DNA from: a virus
Length of the DNA: 64,000 nucleotides
Direction: 5' to 3' (one strand)
Virus record (IMG/VR): IMGVR_UViG_3300025732_000019
Position 1 is the stretch's first letter. Each line of letters starts with the position of its first letter. The notes beneath the pieces are model-generated. The model did no database searches. It was not told where the DNA came from and saw only the letters and a list, made by a program, of their open reading frames with translations. This document shows, piece by piece, positions 1 through 8,233 of this stretch. A program made the translations under genes and the position numbers.

Positions 1-16
1 CCTACCGTCCCAGCCA
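1..16 (+). tRNA. 3' end of a tRNA truncated by the window edge
   Basis: CCTAC T-stem half, 7-nt acceptor strand CGTCCCA, discriminator G, CCA; precedes the tRNA array. Confidence 0.7.
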
Positions 17-26
17 TCTCTAAAAC

Positions 27-100
27 GCGGCATTGGTGTAGTGGAAGCATGGAACCTTGCCAAGGTTCAGGTATCGGATCGTTACCGATATGCCGCTCCA
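27..100 (+). tRNA. tRNA-Gly(GCC)
   Basis: GCGGCAT/ATGCCGC acceptor stem; GAACC-TTGCCAA-GGTTC anticodon arm; atypical T-loop ATCGTTA; CCA. Confidence 0.93.
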
Positions 101-101
101 C

Positions 102-172
102 GCGGGTATGGTATATCGGTTGTGCCTCGGCCTTCCAAGCCGAAGAAGTCGGTTCGACCCCGACTACCCGCT
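102..172 (+). tRNA. tRNA-Gly(TCC)
   Basis: GCGGGTA/TACCCGC; TCGGC-CTTCCAA-GCCGA; GTTCGAC T-loop; no encoded CCA. Confidence 0.93.
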
Positions 173-188
173 TACCCAATCCATTTTT

Positions 189-263
189 GTGCCGTTGGCT
201 GATTGACGAGGCGAACGCCTGCAAAGCGTTTTCAAGATGGTTTGATTCCATCACGGCACTCCA
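189..263 (+). tRNA. tRNA-Cys(GCA)
   Basis: GTGCCGT/ACGGCAC; AACGC-CTGCAAA-GCGTT; U73, CCA. Confidence 0.9.
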
Positions 264-268
264 TCTAT

Positions 269-344
269 GGTGGTATAACTCGATTGGAACAGAGGGCAGA
301 CTGTGACTCTGCTGAAGCGGGTTCGATTCCCGTATACCACCCCA
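269..344 (+). tRNA. tRNA-His(GTG)
   Basis: G-1 plus GTGGTAT/ATACCAC, C73; GCAGA-CTGTGAC-TCTGC; CCA. Confidence 0.93.
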
Positions 345-347
345 TAT

Positions 348-424
348 CGGAGAGTGGGCTAAAGGCTGGCCGCCTGCCTTGGGAGCAGGATATCAAGCGA
401 GTTCGATTCTCGCCTCTCCGACCA
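348..424 (+). tRNA. tRNA-Pro(TGG)
   Basis: CGGAGAG/CTCTCCG; CCTGC-CTTGGGA-GCAGG; CCA. Confidence 0.93.
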
Positions 425-428
425 TCTT

Positions 429-503
429 GGGTCGTAAGCATTCGTGGTGATGCTCTAGACTTTTAATCTGGCGAACCGAGTTCGACTCTCGGACGACCCA
501 CCA
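429..503 (+). tRNA. tRNA-Lys(TTT)
   Basis: GGGTCGT/ACGACCC; CTAGA-CTTTTAA-TCTGG; CCA. Confidence 0.93.
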
Positions 504-531
504 TTTATCTTTCGGATGATATGCAGTATAT

Positions 532-607
532 GTCGGTGTGGTCTAACGGAGAAGGCACGGTGTTTCTACCACCGAAGATGTGGGTTCGACTCCTACCACC
601 GACACCA
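532..607 (+). tRNA. tRNA-Arg(TCT)
   Basis: GTCGGTG/CACCGAC; CGGTG-TTTCTAC-CACCG, 7-nt loop with anticodon TCT; CCA. Confidence 0.9.
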
Positions 608-611
608 GTAT

Positions 612-686
612 ACCAGTGAAGCCGATTGGCGAGGCGCGACGCCCATACCGTCGTTGTAGTGGGTTCGATTCCCTCCGCTGGTACCA
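612..686 (+). tRNA. tRNA-Met/Ile2(CAT) with non-canonical C33 and A8
   Basis: ACCAGTG/CGCTGGT; CGACG-CCCATAC-CGTCG; GTTCGATT; CCA. Confidence 0.85.
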
Positions 687-687
687 C

Positions 688-765
688 GGGCACCGAGCGA
701 GTCTGGTGATTCCGCGCCTGTCTGAAGAGCAGGAGAATGTGGTTCGATTCCACAGGTGCCCACCA
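688..765 (+). tRNA. tRNA-Phe(GAA)
   Basis: GGGCACC/GGTGCCC; CCTGT-CTGAAGA-GCAGG; CCA. Confidence 0.92.
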
Positions 766-772
766 CATGTAC

Positions 773-855
773 ACCCGCGTGTCGTAATGGCAGCCGAGGT
801 AGACTCAAAATCTACTGCTCGAAAGAGCGTACTGGTTCGATTCCAGTCGCGGGTA
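773..855 (+). tRNA. tRNA-Leu(CAA)
   Basis: ACCCGCG/CGCGGGT; GTAGA-CTCAAAA-TCTAC; long variable arm GCTC-GAAA-GAGC. Confidence 0.93.
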
Positions 856-880
856 CTATCTAAGTACAATGAGCGCAGAT

Positions 881-1420
881 ATGGAACAGACACTCTTACT
901 CAACGCAACCTACGAACCAATGGACGTCGTGCACTGGCAACGAGCGATGACGTTATGGTGTCAGGGAAAAGTGGAAATCGTCGAAACACATGATCGCGAA
1001 GTGCATGCGGTGACGTTCTCCTTCAAACTACCGTCTGTGGTGCGACTCCTTCGGTGTGTGCGTTCCAAGCGGCGGCCTGAAGTACAGTTCACACGGGCGA
1101 ACATCTATGCCCGAGATAACTATACCTGTCAATACTGTCGTCAGACCTATGCCACGCACGAACTGACATTTGATCATGTGCTGCCAGTCTCCCGAGGCGG
1201 GAAACGTAGTTGGGATAATATCGTCACGTGTTGTCTTCCGTGCAATCGTTCCAAAGGTTCCAAGACGCCACACGAGGCGCAGATGGTGTTGCTGCGTAAA
1301 CCTGCGAAACCCGCGTATACACCGGTGTTTCGTATCACACTCGGTATGCGGAAGACGCCCGAGAACTGGCGCGACTATTTGTATTGGTCAACAGAACTTG
1401 TCAACGACAACGATGCATAA
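881..1420 (+). CDS. HNH endonuclease (McrA-like) embedded in the tRNA array
   Basis: LLLNATYEP N-terminus; RDxYxCQYC...DHVLPxSRGG...WxNIVxCCxPCN motif. Confidence 0.9.
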   Translation: MEQTLLLNATYEPMDVVHWQRAMTLWCQGKVEIVETHDREVHAVTFSFKLPSVVRLLRCVRSKRRPEVQFTRANIYARDNYTCQYCRQTYATHELTFDHVLPVSRGGKRSWDNIVTCCLPCNRSKGSKTPHEAQMVLLRKPAKPAYTPVFRITLGMRKTPENWRDYLYWSTELVNDNDA

Positions 1421-1489
1421 CAGGAGATCGTGACGGATGCTCTCTGAATTGGGTGACATTGCTATGGCGTGGTTTCGTTCAACCTTTTT

Positions 1490-1500
1490 TGTGGTATAAT
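1490..1500 (+). promoter_or_regulatory. extended -10 promoter for tRNA-Asn
   Basis: TGTGGTATAAT about 20 nt upstream of the tRNA. Confidence 0.7.
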
Positions 1501-1521
1501 ATGTCTCGTGTAACATTGTAT

Positions 1522-1608
1522 TGGCGTGTGTCCGGAATGGCATCGGCCCTGACTGTTAATCAGTGCGCCCGAAAGGGAATGTAGGTTCGAATCCTACCAC
1601 GCCAGCCA
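1522..1608 (+). tRNA. tRNA-Asn(GTT) with long variable arm
   Basis: TGGCGTG/CACGCCA, G73, CCA; loop CTGTTAA; extra arm CCC-GAAA-GGG. Confidence 0.88.
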
Positions 1609-1626
1609 TCTCTAAAACGCGTTGTT

Positions 1627-1642
1627 TGGTATGAACGTTGCA
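1627..1642 (+). promoter_or_regulatory. sigma54-type (-24/-12) promoter upstream of the OmpA gene
   Basis: TGGTATGAACGTTGCA has exact GG-N10-GC spacing, ~55 nt before the ATG. Confidence 0.55.
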
Positions 1643-1696
1643 TCGTTACCACTAAAACGTGTGCATATCGCACACCACATATAATAAGGAATAGTC

Positions 1697-2359
1697 ATGA
1701 GGAAAAAATTACTCGTTTTCAGCTTCATCAGTCTTCTGAGTGCCGCCTGTGCAACCAAGACATTTGTGCGCCAGTCCGTACAGCAAGTCGAACAGCGTGT
1801 CGAGGATCAAGAGCAGCGCACACAGCAGAAGATTGATGCCTTGAACGCAGGGTTGTCACAGCAGCAGGATCGGCTCGCAGGCACCCAAGAACACGTCGGT
1901 CGTGTCGAAACCCATGCCGCGTCGGCCGAGAAACACGCACAGACAGCGCAGGCGTCAGCGGATGGGGCCCATCAGCGTACGCAGGCACTCGAACTCACGC
2001 TGTCCAATGTGAATCGTCAGGTCGTGCTGGCGGATCGGGCACAGGGGTTCACTCGCAACTCGGCGCGGCTGTCGCGTGAGACGCAGGCGGCGCTCGATGC
2101 GTTTGTGGATGAAGTGCGTCGCCAGCAACTGGTCTGGATTGAAATTGAAGGGCATACCGACAATACCGGCAACGCGGCCTATAACGCACAGTTGAGTGTG
2201 GCTCGTGCAGAAGTGGTGCGTCAGTATCTGGCGTCGAAAGGTGTGCCGCTACACAAGATGACCGTGATTGGGTATGGTGTGACGCGCCCGGTGGCGCCGA
2301 ATCGCACTCGCGGCGGTCGCGCACAGAATCGTCGCGTCGTCGTACGAGCGGTGCGCTAA
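1697..2359 (+). CDS. OmpA-family peptidoglycan-binding lipoprotein
   Basis: lipobox LSAAC, coiled-coil stalk, IEGHTD..G...YN..LS..RA and NRRV motifs. Confidence 0.93.
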   Translation: MRKKLLVFSFISLLSAACATKTFVRQSVQQVEQRVEDQEQRTQQKIDALNAGLSQQQDRLAGTQEHVGRVETHAASAEKHAQTAQASADGAHQRTQALELTLSNVNRQVVLADRAQGFTRNSARLSRETQAALDAFVDEVRRQQLVWIEIEGHTDNTGNAAYNAQLSVARAEVVRQYLASKGVPLHKMTVIGYGVTRPVAPNRTRGGRAQNRRVVVRAVR

Positions 2360-2371
2360 TACGTGTGTGGG

Positions 2372-2399
2372 GATGCCCGCTCAGTCACCTGAGCGGGTG
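2372..2399. terminator. hairpin between convergent genes
   Basis: ATGCCCGCTCAG-TCAC-CTGAGCGGGTGT. Confidence 0.6.
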
Positions 2400-2400
2400 T

Positions 2401-3177
2401 CTACTCAGCCAGCACTTCTTTCGGTCGATACCAGCGATATCGCTTCTCTTGCCATGCTTTCAATGCCACTCGAAACCGACTCACGGGAATCGCGACAATC
2501 GTACTTTCGCCAATCGACCCCACCAGAAATCCAATAATCGTACGCTGCGTCTGAGAGACTAACGCACTGCCGGAGGAACCGCCATTGACACCCGCTTGCT
2601 GCAAGACGAGAGAGTGCTGCCAGTTGATGTCATTCTGCTTGACAGGGCGATCCAGATCCAGACTGGTAACGCTGCCAGAGAAGACTTGTTTGCCAAGACC
2701 GAGCGGTGACGCAATATTCCAATACAATGCAGGGATCACTTCATGCTGCTCATCGCCGAGTGGAATGACAGGCCAGTGTTTGGTCGTCTCCACCTCAAAC
2801 ACGGCGAAGTCTTCGCCACGCGACTGGTATCCGATGAACACCGGTTCCGCAGGCCAAAACGTTTTCTCAGCATGTTCGTCGAACGTGATGAAGAACGGCG
2901 TTTCCGCAGACGCACTTAATTCTTTGTCACGATTGTCGGAGCCGATGCAGTGCGCGGCCGTGACGAATCGATACCCCGTCTTGATGCGCTCGTATGCGGT
3001 CGCCGTACACGCCATGCGCATGCTCCCGGATTGATCCTGGCTATAGAGCAAGCCCACCGCATTCTGAATTGTCGTAATGAACTCGGTATCTGACTGTCGT
3101 GATTGTGCACGACCACTCTGAGTACTCAGGAGCATCACGATCACGGCACATATCGACCATACGCGAAGATGAGACAT
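2401..3177 (-). CDS. secreted trypsin-like (S1) serine protease
   Basis: signal peptide, TAAHC, DFAV, GGSSGS catalytic motifs; AGGAG RBS before ATG 3177. Confidence 0.88.
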   Translation of the reverse strand: MSHLRVWSICAVIVMLLSTQSGRAQSRQSDTEFITTIQNAVGLLYSQDQSGSMRMACTATAYERIKTGYRFVTAAHCIGSDNRDKELSASAETPFFITFDEHAEKTFWPAEPVFIGYQSRGEDFAVFEVETTKHWPVIPLGDEQHEVIPALYWNIASPLGLGKQVFSGSVTSLDLDRPVKQNDINWQHSLVLQQAGVNGGSSGSALVSQTQRTIIGFLVGSIGESTIVAIPVSRFRVALKAWQEKRYRWYRPKEVLAE

Positions 3178-3231
3178 GAGAATTTCTCCTTGAGCATATT
3201 TAGCAGAAACGCGGTTCTCACCGCATGAATT

Positions 3232-3416
3232 CCTATAACGTGTTGATATGACAGATGTTACGGGTAGTCTATACATATTTTGCATCAATCCATCCGGGTC
3301 GATACAATAAATATATCATCACGGGTGCTCGTAAGTCGTAGAATCTACACCACTTATACGTCATCATTCGTCTGCCCGGAGTTGACATCTTCATACACAG
3401 TCACTATAATACACGC
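3232..3416 (+). promoter_or_regulatory. paired-palindrome promoter cassette A
   Basis: degenerate 27-bp palindromes at 3235 and 3331, ATACATATTTTGCAT box, TTGACA 3382, TATAAT 3405. Confidence 0.7.
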
Positions 3417-3530
3417 ATGCTTAATCATCAGTTTTCATTGACGGTATGGGATATTGTCGTACTGTTCATCGATGCGACATTCTTTGCTCTTGGGATTGGG
3501 TTTTACCTGCTACATATGGGAGTCATCTAA
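3417..3530 (+). CDS. 37-aa membrane peptide, leaderless (not in ORF track)
   Basis: ATG 6 nt after TATAAT; MLNHQFSLTVWDIVVLFIDATFFALGIGFYLLHMGVI. Confidence 0.6.
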   Translation: MLNHQFSLTVWDIVVLFIDATFFALGIGFYLLHMGVI

Positions 3531-3532
3531 TC

Positions 3533-3739
3533 ATGCATCGTCTCCGTCGCGTCTCGTCGCGATCATCAGTGCCTTCGTTTCAGTTGTTTCGTGTCGTCGA
3601 GCGGCATCCCGTCACGGGAGAGTTTGTCGTGAGTGCCTCTCTGACGCTGCGAGATGCGGAAGCGTTAGCGGATCGGTGTCTCGCGAGTCGGCCGCCGCAG
3701 TCGCGTGTACTGTATGCGGTTGAACCGATGGGTCGCTAA
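3533..3739 (+). CDS. hypothetical protein
   Basis: tightly packed ORF in early operon. Confidence 0.55.
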   Translation: MHRLRRVSSRSSVPSFQLFRVVERHPVTGEFVVSASLTLRDAEALADRCLASRPPQSRVLYAVEPMGR

Positions 3740-3750
3740 CGGAATCGCGC

Positions 3751-3978
3751 ATGTCCGCCACAGGTTCATTACTCAGTCTCAGTGAAGAGGAACTACTCTT
3801 ATTGCATGAGTTATTGACGTTTGTGATTACGCATTACGAAGGCACCGATGCTATGACGGATGACGCGCTCGATGCGTTTATGAGATTGCAACAGAAGATC
3901 AACTTTCTGTTGGAAGTGACAGCGTTTCAGCGCGCCGTGACGCTACCCCATAGTAACACGTCATCACAAGTACATTAG
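3751..3978 (+). CDS. hypothetical protein
   Basis: ORF packing; LSLSEEELLLLHEL resembles the N-terminus of 8898..9107. Confidence 0.65.
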   Translation: MSATGSLLSLSEEELLLLHELLTFVITHYEGTDAMTDDALDAFMRLQQKINFLLEVTAFQRAVTLPHSNTSSQVH

Positions 3979-3998
3979 TGAGGAGAAAAGAGATAAAG

Positions 3999-4280
3999 AT
4001 GATTCGAATGTATCAGCATATTGTGTGTGCGGATGGTGCCTCGGTGAGCATTCAGGCGGGTCGGCATATGTACTGCACTCCGCGTGATGACCGTGGCCCC
4101 TACACGCACATCGAAGCAGGGTTTCCCTCGGTGGAACCGCCCGCGTCGTGGCGCGAGTATGCGGAAGAACTCGACGCACTGACCGAGACAGTCTACGGCT
4201 ACATGCCGTTCGACTGCGTGGATGAGTTCATCAACATCCACGGTGGCATGGTGAGCGGGGAACTGCCGCAGAGAGCATAA
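3999..4280 (+). CDS. conserved phage hypothetical protein
   Basis: CADG..SIQA...YCTPR...PY..E.GFPS motif; GAGGAG RBS. Confidence 0.8.
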   Translation: MIRMYQHIVCADGASVSIQAGRHMYCTPRDDRGPYTHIEAGFPSVEPPASWREYAEELDALTETVYGYMPFDCVDEFINIHGGMVSGELPQRA

Positions 4281-4295
4281 GGAGAGGGTGAGAGT

Positions 4296-4787
4296 ATGTT
4301 TATCACACATCGCAACGGGTCGGTCATTACTGACCAGTATGCATCGGTCGCTGACGCGGTTCATGCCGGCGTGGATCTGTCGTATGCGAATCTGACGGGT
4401 GCGAATCTGACGGGTGCGGATCTGACGGGTGCGAATCTGTCGTATGCGAATCTGTCGGATGCGAATCTGACGGGTGCGAATCTGACGGGTGCGGATCTGA
4501 CGGGTGCGAATCTGTCGTATGCGAATCTGACGGGTGCGAATCTGTCGTATGCGAATCTGACGGGTGCGAATCTGACGGGTGCGGATCTGACGGGTGCGGA
4601 TCTGTCGTATGCGAATCTGTTGGGTGCGAATCTGTGGGGTGCGAATCTGGCGTCAGCACATCTGTATCGTGCGGTTCTGACGGATGCGGTTCTGACCCGT
4701 GCGAATCTGGCAGGTGCGAATCTGTTGGGTGCGACTCTGACGGGTGCGTGGACGTTTCTCGGTAATCAACTCGTGTCGTTGGCATAG
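4296..4787 (+). CDS. pentapeptide repeat protein 1
   Basis: A(N/D)Lxx repeats encoded by 15-bp tandem DNA units; AGGAG RBS. Confidence 0.95.
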   Translation: MFITHRNGSVITDQYASVADAVHAGVDLSYANLTGANLTGADLTGANLSYANLSDANLTGANLTGADLTGANLSYANLTGANLSYANLTGANLTGADLTGADLSYANLLGANLWGANLASAHLYRAVLTDAVLTRANLAGANLLGATLTGAWTFLGNQLVSLA

Positions 4788-4805
4788 AGGAGAGAGAGAG
4801 AACCC

Positions 4806-5309
4806 ATGACCATTTATCATAAGAACGGTACGGTAATTACGGATCAGTATGACAGCATCGGAGCAGCCGTCAAGGCGGGAGCGGATCTGGCAGGTGCGAC
4901 TCTGGCAGGTGCGACTCTGGCAGGTGCGGATCTGACGGCCGCGAATCTGACGAATGCGGATCTGCGGAGTGCGAATCTGCTGGGCGCGAATCTGACGAAT
5001 GCGGATCTGCTGGGCGCGAATCTGACGAATGCGAATCTGCGGGGCGCGAATCTGACGAATGCGGATCTGTGGGGTGCGGATCTGCGGAGTGCGGATCTGA
5101 CGAATGCGGATCTGTGGGGTGCGGATCTGCGGAGTGCGAATCTGCTGGGCGCGAATCTGACGAATGCGGATCTGCTGGGCGCGAATCTGACGAATGCGAA
5201 TCTGCGGGGCGCGAATCTGACGAAGGTGAATCTGTGGGGTGCGAATCTGACGAAGGTGAATCTGACGGGTGCGATCATCTGTCTGGGCAACCGCCAGGTG
5301 ACGCTGTAA
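4806..5309 (+). CDS. pentapeptide repeat protein 2 (tandem paralog)
   Basis: same repeats; shared caps HxNGxVITDQY and LGNxxVxL. Confidence 0.95.
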   Translation: MTIYHKNGTVITDQYDSIGAAVKAGADLAGATLAGATLAGADLTAANLTNADLRSANLLGANLTNADLLGANLTNANLRGANLTNADLWGADLRSADLTNADLWGADLRSANLLGANLTNADLLGANLTNANLRGANLTKVNLWGANLTKVNLTGAIICLGNRQVTL

Positions 5310-5325
5310 AAGAAGAAGAGAGAAT

Positions 5326-5589
5326 ATGATCATCACTCGCTGCTCGAACTGCGACCGCGTATTGACGACGGCACACGGGGTGCGTCTGGAAAGTGCCAAC
5401 TTCTCGTCTGCACTTCCCACGCGACCTGCGACGACGACCATCACGTATGCGTGGTGTGATGGCTGTCTTGTCGATGCGTCTGGGCAAGATCGGGAGAGTT
5501 ATACCGATACACAAGATCGCGCCAACTATCATGAAGAACAGGACACCGAACACATCGATGACGATCACACCTGCACAGATATTCGATGA
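5326..5589 (+). CDS. small Cys-containing hypothetical protein
   Basis: CSNC...WCDGC, acidic tail. Confidence 0.55.
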   Translation: MIITRCSNCDRVLTTAHGVRLESANFSSALPTRPATTTITYAWCDGCLVDASGQDRESYTDTQDRANYHEEQDTEHIDDDHTCTDIR

Positions 5590-5965
5590 GGCCTGTGGCG
5601 ATTACCTGCGCTTTCTTGAACGGGATTATCATATTGTTCAGGATTTTCAGAATATCCCTCGCGCCCATCGGCACTGTGTGTTCGTGCTGCGTCATGGTAC
5701 GTTGTTGCACTATGTGCTGCGCGTGATGCGGCACAGCGACGACGCATATACGCGCTCGGTGCATTCCTGTCTGGTGCGCCACGATCATCCACGCATGCGG
5801 TTGCGGGCGGGAGATCTCTTACGCTATGCGGGTGTGCGCACACTGCGGACGTCTGCGGTGTATGGCAACATCTTTCAGTCGGACAGCTATCTCCGGTATG
5901 CACGATGGCATGATGACGTGTCACTGACGACACCGGTGCCGAACTCGATCTCGGAGACGTGGTAA
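5558..5965 (+). CDS. hypothetical protein, divergent paralog of 7889..8233
   Basis: SVHSCLV...HP.....GDLL.......YGNIF aligns with SCHAFVV..HP....GDLLKPA...RGNVL; start uncertain. Confidence 0.7.
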   Translation: MTITPAQIFDEACGDYLRFLERDYHIVQDFQNIPRAHRHCVFVLRHGTLLHYVLRVMRHSDDAYTRSVHSCLVRHDHPRMRLRAGDLLRYAGVRTLRTSAVYGNIFQSDSYLRYARWHDDVSLTTPVPNSISETW

Positions 5966-5966
5966 C

Positions 5967-6452
5967 ATGTCATCAACCTTGACACCGCTCTTCAGTAAAG
6001 CCAGTGATCTGTGGGGCACCCCCGCAGCCGTCTTTCAGCATTATCATACGCGCTATGGGTTCACCATCGACGCGGCCGCGAATGCACAGATGACGCTGCT
6101 GCCGCGCTGGTGGGGGCCTGACTCGCGGTTGAGTACAGACGCGTTAGCCGTCTCATGGGCGGGAGAAACGTGTTGGTTGAACCCGCCGTATTCTCGCGTC
6201 AAAGACTTCACGCGCAAAGCGCGCCTCGAACAACTCGAACAGCGCGTCACCACGGTGATGCTGATTCCAAGTCGTACGGATACCGCGTATTGGCATGACT
6301 ACATTTGGAATACCGCCGCGCACACCTGGCAGCATGGCATACAGGGGCAGTTCCTCCGTGGACGATTGAAGTTTCGTGATGCGCGAGGAACATCCATGAA
6401 CCCGGCACCCTTTCCCAGTGTGGTGATCGTGTTTGACGGAGCGACCGTCTAA
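5967..6452 (+). CDS. phage N6-adenine DNA methyltransferase (T1/lambdoid Dam family)
   Basis: WxTP..F, IDAAA, WLNPPYS, LIPSRTDT, RGRLKF, APFPS motifs. Confidence 0.92.
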   Translation: MSSTLTPLFSKASDLWGTPAAVFQHYHTRYGFTIDAAANAQMTLLPRWWGPDSRLSTDALAVSWAGETCWLNPPYSRVKDFTRKARLEQLEQRVTTVMLIPSRTDTAYWHDYIWNTAAHTWQHGIQGQFLRGRLKFRDARGTSMNPAPFPSVVIVFDGATV

Positions 6453-7042
6453 TGCCCTCACGCACCATTACGTCAGCACATATTCGTCAGTATGCCACGT
6501 CAGAGGACAGAGTGGATCATTATGATGATGCGATCGAACTGCGCCGATTCGTGTCTCTTCTGCATGCACACGTCTTTCCGAATCCGCAGCAGCGCGAGAT
6601 CCGCATCAAACCGTATGGAAAGACCGGCGTCGATATCGGCGTCTTCGACCCCCGCTCCCGTGCGCTGGTCTGTGCGTTTGACGTCGAACGCTGTATGATA
6701 TGGCAAGCGGATTGGCCCGCGCATTGGCGGTGTCTCAGTTTTCTCGCACGAAAAGAGAAGTACTTGCGGTTTCCGCAGTTTGGCATGGTCTGGTTCAATC
6801 GCTCGGTCACGACGTGCGCCGTCGCATGGAAAGAGGATCTGGTGTCCGCGCCTCTCGTCACGCGTCGATTCTCCCGTCGTACCTACACCGATCAGGTGCG
6901 AGAACTTCCATGTGCGGCCGGGACCTTGATCGGGCAGACGTTTGGTGTGCGTGAAACAGCACTGTTTACCAACCGTCGGACGTTCGATTTCACACAATCC
7001 GACGCACGACCCGCTCGGGAACAGATGCCCGTAACTCGTTGA
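6452..7042 (+). CDS. hypothetical protein, possible PD-(D/E)xK nuclease
   Basis: TAATG-coupled to the MTase; GVDIG...FDVER motif. Confidence 0.5.
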   Translation: MPSRTITSAHIRQYATSEDRVDHYDDAIELRRFVSLLHAHVFPNPQQREIRIKPYGKTGVDIGVFDPRSRALVCAFDVERCMIWQADWPAHWRCLSFLARKEKYLRFPQFGMVWFNRSVTTCAVAWKEDLVSAPLVTRRFSRRTYTDQVRELPCAAGTLIGQTFGVRETALFTNRRTFDFTQSDARPAREQMPVTR

Positions 7043-7202
7043 CAATCAAGCACATACGGGAATCGCATGCATGCAGCGCATCCTGCGGCAGACATTCATA
7101 CAATCTTTGCATCCCAAACCCTCCTGTAACCCCTTGATAATCAAGCACTTACACGCATCCTCGATTTGACACTGCTGGCAGAATCTCCTATACTGTATGC
7201 AG
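7028..7202 (+). promoter_or_regulatory. paired-palindrome promoter cassette B
   Basis: palindromes at 7031 and 7126, CATACAATCTTTGCAT box, TTGACA 7166, TATACT 7189. Confidence 0.85.
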
Positions 7203-7391
7203 ATGATGACTCGTAAACATTTTGTGCTGATTGCACACCTCTTCAAATCCACGAAGCCTGACGCGTCGAACACTGTCGCTATGCGGCAGTGGGAATCCAC
7301 CGTCATGCAGTTCGCGCATGCGGGTGTCACGATGAATCCGCGTTTCAATGCCACTCGGTTTCTCAAGGCGTGTGATCTGTGGCTGCGCTAA
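7203..7391 (+). CDS. small phage protein (MTRKHF...NPRFN..RFLKAC family)
   Basis: recognisable small phage family; starts directly after the promoter. Confidence 0.75.
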   Translation: MMTRKHFVLIAHLFKSTKPDASNTVAMRQWESTVMQFAHAGVTMNPRFNATRFLKACDLWLR

Positions 7392-7393
7392 AC

Positions 7394-7636
7394 ATGCAGA
7401 CGGAAACCGTGAGCGCATTTCTTGCCCGTGGTGGGCGCATCGTGCGGTGTGCGCCGTCGAAGCGCCCCGCGTATCGACCGACAAAGCTGCTCAACATGAA
7501 GCGCGGTCATAACCTGACCGGTCGCATCGTGCGCGTCGCGAATGCGCTGCCACCCTCGGATGGCCCTCGCGTGTCGTCACTGGAGCGATTGTCACAGTAT
7601 CAGTGCAAGTACCGCCACTTACAGCGGATGCAGTAG
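7394..7636 (+). CDS. small basic phage protein
   Basis: ETV.AFLARGG.I..C motif. Confidence 0.7.
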   Translation: MQTETVSAFLARGGRIVRCAPSKRPAYRPTKLLNMKRGHNLTGRIVRVANALPPSDGPRVSSLERLSQYQCKYRHLQRMQ

Positions 7637-7650
7637 AGGAGCAGAGAAAG

Positions 7651-7920
7651 ATGTATCGTTCAAACGTAGAGTGGTGGTGGAGTTGTGAAGCGGTGGCCGT
7701 CGGTGTCAATAAGCACGGGATTGCACAGGATATCGACGTCGCGACCCGAGAACCGGGACGCAAGAACATCGCCCGGCGCAGACTGCGCATGTATTTGGAT
7801 GACGCCGCGCGGGCCACATGCGCGGAGCATGGATTGACGTTTGTGGGGTATCGTGAGGAGCCGAGTTATGACGGTGAGGGGATGGAATATGACGAATATT
7901 ATGACGAATATGACATTTGA
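7651..7920 (+). CDS. hypothetical protein
   Basis: GAGGAG RBS, acidic tail. Confidence 0.65.
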   Translation: MYRSNVEWWWSCEAVAVGVNKHGIAQDIDVATREPGRKNIARRRLRMYLDDAARATCAEHGLTFVGYREEPSYDGEGMEYDEYYDEYDI

Positions 7921-8233
7921 ACTCAAAACGGCGATTGATCAGTACCTCGCCGCGTGTGAAGCGGATTACACGCGCATGTCGTATGCTTCCATGCGGCAGA
8001 TTCGGTTTATACTCGATCCCGGTCGGAAGTTCATCCGCATCTGGCGCCAGTTCGATGGCGAGTCGAGTCGGTCGTGCCATGCGTTTGTGGTGCTCACGCA
8101 TCCAAAGTTTCGCACTGGTGACTTGCTGAAGCCCGCGACGTGGAAAGCGCCCGCAATGAACGCGGCGCGTGGGAATGTGCTGGAACCGTCGTCGTATCGT
8201 GCGCAGTGGACGGGCCCCGAGTATTTGCGCTAA
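7889..8233 (+). CDS. conserved T4-like phage early protein
   Basis: GRKFIRI...GDLLKPATWKAPA.NAARGNV...WTGP.YL family motif. Confidence 0.8.
   Translation: MTNIMTNMTFELKTAIDQYLAACEADYTRMSYASMRQIRFILDPGRKFIRIWRQFDGESSRSCHAFVVLTHPKFRTGDLLKPATWKAPAMNAARGNVLEPSSYRAQWTGPEYLR

Noticed and set aside
532-607. Possible amber (CTA) suppressor tRNA or alternative genetic code
   Set aside because: The 7-nt loop TTTCTAC places TCT at 34-36, and core genes are full length in the standard code with TAG used as a stop.
49-993. ORF-track proteins over the first 860 bp
   Set aside because: They overlap well-formed tRNA genes; spurious.
4327-5444. Repetitive minus-strand and alternate-frame ORFs (also 11523..12050)
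   Set aside because: Shadows of tandem DNA repeats inside real + strand genes.
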